Shown: in pieces, positions 57,449-64,000 of the stretch
How positions within the stretch are numbered: position 1 is the stretch's first letter
How the letters are laid out: the number at the start of each line of letters is the position of its first letter
From: Candidatus Angelobacter sp.
Lineage (GTDB): Bacteria; Acidobacteriota; Terriglobia; Terriglobales; Acidobacteriaceae
Assembly (NCBI GenBank): GCA_036491195.1
Contig: DASXCL010000055.1
Location: 23,994 to 87,993, forward strand
Direction of reading: 5' to 3'
Length of the DNA: 64,000 nucleotides
Program-made: the position numbers and the translations under genes
Notes under the pieces: model-generated
Told to the model about the DNA's origin: nothing
What the model saw: only the letters and a program-made list of their open reading frames with translations
Database searches by the model: none

Positions 57449-58273
57449 ATGGATATCGCAGTATCCGGAGAGATGCCGCTGCCAGTTCAGAGAAGGAATA
57501 AGAAAAAATCGGCGCTGCGAACCCGCAGTACAAAACCGCAAGTGCGACCGACCATCAAGCCGCTCGTCCGCTGCGTGATCTTTGATCTGGACGATACGCT
57601 TTATGACTGCTTTGGCCAGCGAGTACGCGTGACCCACCGCCATGCTGCTCAGGCCATGGTGGAAGCCGGCTTAAATGCGAACGTCGAAGCCGTCTATCGC
57701 GCCCGCATGCGAGCTTTCCGCCAGAGCCCCATGCTGCGCCATATCGATGCCGAGGTCTGTCGCCATTTCGGGGCCGAAAATCCTGAAGCTGTCAGCCACG
57801 TCGCGCGGGAGGCATATTTCAACTGTCCTGTCGGCCACCTCACGCTTTTTCCCGGTTCATTGCCGTTGTTGCGCTTTCTGAAAAATCGCGGCGTCCGGAA
57901 TTTCATCGTCAGTTTCGGAGAGCCCAAAACTCAACACGCCAAAGTAAAAGCTCTGGGCCTGGATCGCGAGCTGTCGGTCGAAAAGATTTATTACGCCGAC
58001 CGCAACAACGTGCTGACCAAAGAAGCAGCCTTCCGCAAAATCCAGAAAAAAACCGGACTGCTGCCGGATCGGATTCTGGTCGTCGGCGATCGCCCGGCAC
58101 GCGAGATCAGAGCGGGCAGGGAGCTGGGGATGCACACTGTCCGGCTGCGCCATGGCGAGTTCAAATCACAGCTACCCAGCGACCCGGAGGAAGAGCCTGA
58201 CTTTGTGATAAAAAATATTTCTGAGGTCAGAAAGCTGCCTTTTGTTTGGGGCGATTCGGACAACATTCGCTAG
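57449..58273 (+). CDS. HAD-superfamily hydrolase
   Basis: Motif I CVIFDLDDTLYDC and later VGDRPAREI (motif IV-like). Start is uncertain (ATG 57449 or 57473); the upstream part of the tracked ORF overlaps the divergent ICMT gene and was trimmed. Confidence 0.7.
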   Translation: MDIAVSGEMPLPVQRRNKKKSALRTRSTKPQVRPTIKPLVRCVIFDLDDTLYDCFGQRVRVTHRHAAQAMVEAGLNANVEAVYRARMRAFRQSPMLRHIDAEVCRHFGAENPEAVSHVAREAYFNCPVGHLTLFPGSLPLLRFLKNRGVRNFIVSFGEPKTQHAKVKALGLDRELSVEKIYYADRNNVLTKEAAFRKIQKKTGLLPDRILVVGDRPAREIRAGRELGMHTVRLRHGEFKSQLPSDPEEEPDFVIKNISEVRKLPFVWGDSDNIR

Positions 58274-58291
58274 CTGTATTGGTGCTGCCAA

Positions 58292-60109
58292 CTAACCTCC
58301 GGATGCCAGGGCCGGTTTCTTCTTTGCTTGTTCAATACACCAGGAGACGTGCTGCTCCAGCACCTCCAGCGGCATCGGGCCGCTATCCAGTATCCAGCCA
58401 TGAAACTGCCGGATATCAAATCTCTTTCCCAGCGCTTTTTGGGCTTTCGCTCGCAGCTCCAGAATCTTATTGCTGCCCAATTTGTACGCCAGGGCCTGGG
58501 CGGGAGTGCCCGTGGAGTATCGCGATAATTCAGTTTTGATCTGAGTCTCTGATTCCAACTCATGCTCGCGCATATACTCCGTTGCCTGCGCCAGGCTCCA
58601 GCCCATATAGTTCAGCCCAGTATCAACCACAAGGCGCACCGACTGGTGTACATTCTGCGCCAGCAGGGCATAGCGATCATAATCGTCGAGATAGGCTCCC
58701 ATTTCTAATCCCAATTGTGAGCTGTAGTCGGCCCAGCCCTCGCTATAGGCGGGAAAGGGAGCGTAGCGACGAAACGCGGGCAGGGCACGATTTTCCGCCG
58801 TGAGATTCAATTGGAAATGGTGGCCGGGAATCAGCTCGTGCAGGATCAGTGGTCCCGCCTTGAACATCGGCCTTTCATTCAACTGTGATCCGTTGTAGTA
58901 GTAAATGCCGAGCGGCTGTCCGGCAGAAGGCTCCACATAAACCCCGAACGTGTAAGCCCCTTCCAGTCCCGGCGCCAATCTTTGTATGGTGTAACCCGCC
59001 TTTGGTACATGCAGAAAATATGAGGCCACATGCGGTTCAACGCGTTGCACATAGGAGAGGAGCCGCTGCTGAACTTCCTCGGGCGATTTTGCGATAAAGC
59101 GCTGATCGGTTAGCAGGAAGCTGTGAAATTCTTTCAGCGTTCCCTTGAATCCAATCTTGTTTCGCAGCTCAGCCATGAGTGCTTCATCGTGCGCGACCGC
59201 ATGCAGGCCCAGTTGATGAATGGCCTCCGGAGACATATCCAGCGTGGTGTAAGCATGGACCATGAAACGGTAAAATTTTTGGCCTCCGGGATACTGCCCG
59301 AGCCCTACTCGCTTAGGCGCCTTCTTTGCATACTCACCGCCAACGTAACTGACCAGCGTCTGCAGTTCAGGATTGATTTCGGAATCAATCATGGTCCTGA
59401 CTTTTTCCTGGAAGGGCGCCACGAGCGCAGGCTCAATCGCCGACAGCCGCTGGGGCGCGACAAAGAAGGGACTCTTGTCCGGCTCCTGTATATAAGAAGA
59501 AAGGAATGCAATCGCGCCGGGAATACCGTCCTTCGGCACCACAATGCCGCGCTGCGCTTGTCCAACTGCCAGCGCTCGGTTCTGCGCGATAAAGGTTCTC
59601 AATTGCTGCAGGAGGCGCAGATATTCGTCAAGGTCCTCCTTGCCGTGAAATTGACGGCGCTCCAAAATTCTTTGCACCAGCGGCAAAGGCGACGCATGTG
59701 CGGTGATCTGAAAATCAAACCAATAGTACCGGTCAAATCCCTGTTCAAGCTCCGCCTGCCAGCGCAGAACTTTCGACGTGAGGAGATCGTCGTGGGACAA
59801 GCGGGCCTCGTTCACCGTACGCAACTCGTCCAGAATGTGCCTGGCAAATACGGCGTCAGAGCTCGATTTTTTCTTGGAAATATCCGGGAGATCGTTCAGG
59901 ACCACGCCAGACAGGAACCGCGCATAGAACGTATCTGTAAGCGGGTATTGCCAGTACTCCTCAACAATGCGCGCGAGCCGGGCCGAGTCTTGGGTGGACG
60001 CCGGATCGGTCACAGAAGGCTGAGTTTGCCCGCCTACGAGGCAGGGAAGGCACAAGCTGGAGACTAGCAAGATGAGAAAGCATCGGCGAGCGTGGGTCGT
60101 CAAAATCAT
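58292..60109 (-). CDS. DUF885-family secreted protein (metallopeptidase-like HExxxGHH motif)
   Basis: 605 aa with a signal peptide. HELIPGHHFQ and EGWADYS are typical of DUF885. Confidence 0.75.
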   Translation of the reverse strand: MILTTHARRCFLILLVSSLCLPCLVGGQTQPSVTDPASTQDSARLARIVEEYWQYPLTDTFYARFLSGVVLNDLPDISKKKSSSDAVFARHILDELRTVNEARLSHDDLLTSKVLRWQAELEQGFDRYYWFDFQITAHASPLPLVQRILERRQFHGKEDLDEYLRLLQQLRTFIAQNRALAVGQAQRGIVVPKDGIPGAIAFLSSYIQEPDKSPFFVAPQRLSAIEPALVAPFQEKVRTMIDSEINPELQTLVSYVGGEYAKKAPKRVGLGQYPGGQKFYRFMVHAYTTLDMSPEAIHQLGLHAVAHDEALMAELRNKIGFKGTLKEFHSFLLTDQRFIAKSPEEVQQRLLSYVQRVEPHVASYFLHVPKAGYTIQRLAPGLEGAYTFGVYVEPSAGQPLGIYYYNGSQLNERPMFKAGPLILHELIPGHHFQLNLTAENRALPAFRRYAPFPAYSEGWADYSSQLGLEMGAYLDDYDRYALLAQNVHQSVRLVVDTGLNYMGWSLAQATEYMREHELESETQIKTELSRYSTGTPAQALAYKLGSNKILELRAKAQKALGKRFDIRQFHGWILDSGPMPLEVLEQHVSWCIEQAKKKPALASGG

Positions 60110-60268
60110 TTGTCCGATGAGCTCCTGTCACAATCGATTATAAGAGCAGGTCCCAAATGCAGGGTTAGGTTGAAAGCGGGGCAAGGCATGACCTGGTTCC
60201 AGCCCGCCGCGCCTCAGCGCGGTCGCGTCTGCTCTTTGTTGTAGTTCAACGTGTCTCCGTGGCGAGAT

Positions 60269-62482
60269 TTACTTTGTCACAACCTTCGCCGTCGCCACGT
60301 TTTCCGCGCGGTCATAGACCCTCACCACCACTACATGTTCCGCTGCCAGAGCTGGCGCAGCAACCGGAGCAGGCTTGCCTTTCTTGCGCTTCTGGTTCAC
60401 AGGTTCTTCCGGCGCAACCGGTGCGTTGCTCAGCGGAACGCTGAAATCGTAGTTTTCGCTCTTCGCGTCAGAGAGCGCGCCCACCGGCTCAACATACTGC
60501 CAGTCGCCGGCGTCGATGGAGTACTCAGCGCGCTTGATCGGGGAGCTATCGTCGGCGGCATGGAAGGTGACGTGTAAATCCTGGCCTTCGACGCGAGCGG
60601 TCAGGTTCTCAATGCGCGGCGCCGTGTTGTCTACCTCAAAGCGCAGACTCTCTTTTTCGTCCGAGAGAACGTCTTCCGGGCTGTGTGATGGCGCGTCGCT
60701 GGCGACCACCTTCACGGTATAGCCGCCGTCGGGAAGCAGGCCGGATTCAAAGGAATAAAATTTGTCGGTCAGCCCGGACTTCAACAACTTCCATTCGCGT
60801 TCGTTATCGCCGCGATAGTAAACCGAGTACACCAGGTTATCGTCATTGTCGTCATGCGCTGCCCAGCGGACGGCGATTGAGCCTCGGTCCTTGTTGGCCG
60901 TTGGCGGGTTTTCCATGTGGCCATTGCCAAATTGCTGCGGCGGAGGTCCCAGGTTGACCGCGACGGTCTCAGGCCCTGACATCTTTGGCTGAGGCAGAAA
61001 GCGCGCACCCACCACCGCCACTACATCGTCCACCACTGGCGCAACGTTTTTGGAAAGATAATTGATCGCCACTTCATCAATCTGCGTCGGCGGATTCGCC
61101 GGCTTCAACACAGCGCGCCACTGGATAAATCTGGCGGCCGGAACGTCTGTCCGCGCATCTTTGGCCAGATCAATGCGGCCCCAGGGACTCCAATTGCGGT
61201 CAGGGTTATCGACGTTGCCGCTGCGGGCAAACAGTTCAAAGTTGCCGCGACCCCTGACCTCGGCGCGTCCCCATCGCGAGAATATTTGCGCATCCTTCAC
61301 GTCACTTTCAAACATGCCTTCCGGTTCAGTGCCGTTGCTCATTACAAATATCTTGCCCAGATTGCTGGTGGAACAATACAGACCGCCGTTCGGCGCTTTG
61401 CTGAATGCGCTTACCTGGTTGGCGGTGGCCCGCAGCAGGTCGGTATAGTCGCCGTTTTTCTCGATCGCGTAAATGCGGCCCTTGTTTCCCGTGCCGGCGA
61501 TCAGCCGTCCGGCTGAATCAAATGCCAGCGCGTAGACAATATCTTCGCGTGACGACCAGATCTTTTTTGGCGAACCGTCCGGCGCGATACTGTAAACGTC
61601 GGAGCCTGCCAGGCTAACATTGCCCACGAACGGAGCGCTTGCAGGCGGCGCTCCTGGCGCCGGTGCGGGAGCAGCCGGCGGGGCGGAAGGCAGAAATGCG
61701 GCGCGCTTTTCGCCCGTGCCCGCTGCGTAGATGTTTCCGGCGTTATCCACGGCCAGGGCGGTGATCTCCTTCTTCGGAGCGCTGTAAAGCACAAAACCCT
61801 CACCCGCGGGCGAGATGCGATATACCAGGCCGCTGCCGTCAGAACCGGCGATGAGATTGCCCTTGGGATCAAAAGCCAGCGCGCGCATGTGCGCTTCGTC
61901 TGACTTGAAGAAGACCGCGCCCTGCCCGTTCTTCTCCACACGATAGATTTCACCGTTGTCGCCGGTGGCGATATAGAGACGGCCTTGCGCGTCGAACGCC
62001 ATGTCCCAGATGTACTTGGTTTTGGGATCGAAGAAAGTTTCCGACGCAAACTCAGGCGCGGCGGCCGTCCCTCCCGGCTTGCGCGTGATTCGATAGACCT
62101 TGCCATCGGGCGAGGTAGCTGCATACACCGCGCCATCCTGTCCCAGGGAGATAGATTGCACCTGCAATTCCTTGGGTTCGAAAATCACGGTGGACTTGCC
62201 ATCCGGGGTGACGCGATACACTCTTCCGGGCGCACCCGTGGCGGCATAGACAACGCCGTCTTTATCCGCGGCAATACTCCAGATAAAAGTGGACGGGCTG
62301 GTATAGATGGCTTTAAACGCCGGCGCCAGTTCAATCTGTCCGGTGCTGCGGATGGCGATGCCACGCGCCGTGCCGCGCTCAAAGTCGTCGTAGCCGGTTT
62401 CTTTCCACTGGCGCGTGCCTTCAGCAACGGCCAGACTTACAAGAGCAAAGACAATGAATACAGGAAAAAGTTTTTTCATCAT
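60269..62482 (-). CDS. secreted beta-propeller repeat protein with C-terminal Ig-like domains
   Basis: 737 aa with a signal peptide. Repeated DG.VY.AT...G.vYRv..dG blades (about 7-8). The C-terminal part (YSVYYRGDNEREWKLL; AEYSIDAGDWQYVEP) resembles Y_Y_Y / Ig-like modules. Confidence 0.65.
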   Translation of the reverse strand: MMKKLFPVFIVFALVSLAVAEGTRQWKETGYDDFERGTARGIAIRSTGQIELAPAFKAIYTSPSTFIWSIAADKDGVVYAATGAPGRVYRVTPDGKSTVIFEPKELQVQSISLGQDGAVYAATSPDGKVYRITRKPGGTAAAPEFASETFFDPKTKYIWDMAFDAQGRLYIATGDNGEIYRVEKNGQGAVFFKSDEAHMRALAFDPKGNLIAGSDGSGLVYRISPAGEGFVLYSAPKKEITALAVDNAGNIYAAGTGEKRAAFLPSAPPAAPAPAPGAPPASAPFVGNVSLAGSDVYSIAPDGSPKKIWSSREDIVYALAFDSAGRLIAGTGNKGRIYAIEKNGDYTDLLRATANQVSAFSKAPNGGLYCSTSNLGKIFVMSNGTEPEGMFESDVKDAQIFSRWGRAEVRGRGNFELFARSGNVDNPDRNWSPWGRIDLAKDARTDVPAARFIQWRAVLKPANPPTQIDEVAINYLSKNVAPVVDDVVAVVGARFLPQPKMSGPETVAVNLGPPPQQFGNGHMENPPTANKDRGSIAVRWAAHDDNDDNLVYSVYYRGDNEREWKLLKSGLTDKFYSFESGLLPDGGYTVKVVASDAPSHSPEDVLSDEKESLRFEVDNTAPRIENLTARVEGQDLHVTFHAADDSSPIKRAEYSIDAGDWQYVEPVGALSDAKSENYDFSVPLSNAPVAPEEPVNQKRKKGKPAPVAAPALAAEHVVVVRVYDRAENVATAKVVTK

Positions 62483-62505
62483 TAATAAGGTTAACAGTTT
62501 CTAAA

Positions 62506-62803
62506 ATCCCGAGCGTAGCGAGGGATCGCTATCAGCTATCAAGATTTTCGGTGCAACACGTCCGGTTCTTATCGACTCTCCGTTCGCGTTCCTTCGCTTA
62601 TGCCGAGAAGCACCAGTTGGGCCGACTCACGGAACGCGATCCTGCTCGCAACGCAGATACAGCGGCGGAGGTATCCCAGCAGGAGATACCTCATCGATAC
62701 AAGATAACCAAAAACAAAAGACATTACGCTACACTCGGGATTCTCAAGTTTGCCGGTCTTTCACAGCTTTGTCCGAGTAGGGATCCCTCGCTACGCTCGG
62801 GAC
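62506..62803. repeat. inverted-repeat-bounded intergenic element (MITE/REP-like)
   Basis: atcccgagcgtagcgagggatc (62506-62527) and its reverse complement gatccctcgctacgctcggga(c) (62782-62803) match 21/22, 254 nt apart. A third degenerate copy cgctacactcgggat is at 62727-62741. An internal hairpin gaggtatc/gatacctc is at 62668-62692. Confidence 0.7.
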
Positions 62804-62832
62804 TTCGGAAAAAGCTGCGCTCGGATTTCAAG

Positions 62833-63999
62833 TTACTTTATGCTAACGCTGATGATCTGTGCGCCACTCACCACGTAGCCCACCGGCGTTGAAGCCTCAT
62901 TCACGGCCGACTCGTTAAAGACCACCATCTCCTGCGTGGCCCGCATGCCTTCCATCACGTTCATCACGGAGAGCGGTACCGCAGGCATTACTTTATCTTC
63001 CACAGTGGCCTGCGGATTGGCCTCCAGCAGAGAGACATAGAGATGATCGTTCAGGTGTTCTTTGTTCAATATTTCAATGGTCGAGTGCAGGTCCATCCGC
63101 CGGCCCATCGCGGGAGTAGAGTGCCGTGAGCGGTCCAGAGTTTCTGCGTCGCTAACCAGGATGCGAAGGGACCCTTTCGGAGCTGACGTAGGCACGCGCA
63201 CCGGAATCCGGCGCACGATGCGGTCGCCGCGATACGGGCGCAGAACGGCTTCAATCGTAATCTCATCGCCAGGACGCGCTTCTGTAACGTCAGTCCGCGC
63301 GCTTTCCAGTACTGCGGCACGGCGTTCGCGCTCCAGGTCAAATTCAAGCGTTACGCCGCCGACGGTCGGCGCTTCAAAGGGATTGTCATAAATGCGGCCA
63401 AAGTGGTCACCCAGCGACATTGCCACAGCGTATGCCGTCGGCGTGGCGTCCACGGGAGAGAACATATTGGTCATGCGCACATCGGGGAACCCGTTCACGT
63501 GGATTCGCCCGTTCATGCGGTAGGTGGTCTCTTCACCGTACTGGTTCATTCCCATCAATGCGTTGTAGACCGTGGTCATCATCATGACGGGGGTAAGCTT
63601 CGCGTTGTTCAGGACTTCATAGTGATACTCGCGCGGGCCGCTCGGCCCGTGGATGCTGAGCGTGACGGGAATCATTTTTGGTTCGCGATCAAACCGGCCG
63701 AGAATGCCCGTATGGCGGTCTTGGACAAAGGCGCCCACCGCCTCCGTAGTATTGATGATCTTAAAGGCGTTCAGGGGCGACGCCAGCGTGGCCACCACAT
63801 TGGCCTTGGTCATCGGCATATCGACCATGCCGTATTGCATCAGCGGGTGACCGCATGCCAGCAAGTGGTCTTTGTCCATGTAAGTGACGGTGCAGGTTGC
63901 GGCAACGTCCATGTCGCCGCGTACCAGGATCGCGCTCACGGCTGATCCGGGAACCAGCGGTTCGGGCTGCTTTTCTTTGCTGGCGGAGCCAACCCCCAT
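62833..63999 (-). CDS. SpoIVB/S55-like peptidase domain protein (N-terminus outside the window)
   Basis: The ORF runs off the window edge. ATCTVTYMDKDHLLACGHPL resembles the G-T-v-T...GH catalytic-His region of peptidase S55. Assignment is from memory of the motif only. Confidence 0.45.
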   Translation of the reverse strand: MGVGSASKEKQPEPLVPGSAVSAILVRGDMDVAATCTVTYMDKDHLLACGHPLMQYGMVDMPMTKANVVATLASPLNAFKIINTTEAVGAFVQDRHTGILGRFDREPKMIPVTLSIHGPSGPREYHYEVLNNAKLTPVMMMTTVYNALMGMNQYGEETTYRMNGRIHVNGFPDVRMTNMFSPVDATPTAYAVAMSLGDHFGRIYDNPFEAPTVGGVTLEFDLERERRAAVLESARTDVTEARPGDEITIEAVLRPYRGDRIVRRIPVRVPTSAPKGSLRILVSDAETLDRSRHSTPAMGRRMDLHSTIEILNKEHLNDHLYVSLLEANPQATVEDKVMPAVPLSVMNVMEGMRATQEMVVFNESAVNEASTPVGYVVSGAQIISVSIK

Positions 64000-64000
64000 C

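Noticed and set aside
62551-62892. 113-aa plus-strand ORF across the inverted-repeat element
   Set aside because: It spans the MITE/REP-like element and runs into the 3' end of the convergent S55-like gene. The translation has no protein-like features.

Overview
A 64 kb GC-rich chromosomal segment with about 55 supportable CDS and no rRNA, tRNA or CRISPR array that I could find. The gene content looks most like an Acidobacteriota (Terriglobia-type) soil bacterium: a CarboxypepD_reg-type TonB-dependent OMP ending in F, many secreted beta-propeller or repeat proteins, and Lol, ClpC and futalosine-pathway genes. That taxonomic placement is inference only. All calls come from motif and architecture reading of the supplied ORF translations and the DNA; I ran no database or HMM search.

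Three accessory regions stand out.

1. 26.1-35.1 kb holds a co-directional, largely translationally coupled gas-vesicle (gvp) cluster. It contains 3 GvpF/L paralogues, 3 GvpA-family proteins including a canonical GvpA, plus GvpK and GvpG. It lacks gvpN and gvpC. It is headed by a tandem-duplicated Get3/ArsA-type ATPase with a CxxC motif in each half. A PAS histidine kinase and a stand-alone receiver are inserted between gvpA and the third gvpF/L.

2. 19.2-23.4 kb is a markedly lower-GC islet. It encodes a calcineurin-like metallophosphoesterase immediately followed by a NACHT (STAND) NTPase with C-terminal leucine-rich repeats, i.e. a bacterial NLR-like candidate immune or conflict module. The NACHT reading frame is open well upstream of any plausible start and overlaps the 3' end of the phosphoesterase ORF. 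The two ORFs may therefore be one effector-NACHT-LRR gene split by a 1-nt frameshift.

3. 2.4-7.4 kb holds a Sec-signal RHS/YD-repeat polymorphic toxin. Its 210-aa C-terminal domain after the DPFGLE boundary is one I cannot assign. A small multi-TM candidate immunity gene lies directly downstream.

The rest is ordinary housekeeping or envelope content: MacB-like permease, PpiD-like PPIase, MalQ, TreY, PgeF/YfiH, MqnE-like radical SAM enzyme, PurB, MarR-ClC, FKBP, ClpC, LolD/LolCE, ICMT-like methyltransferase, HAD hydrolase, DUF885. Many long antisense ORFs in the supplied track are GC-driven shadows and were rejected.
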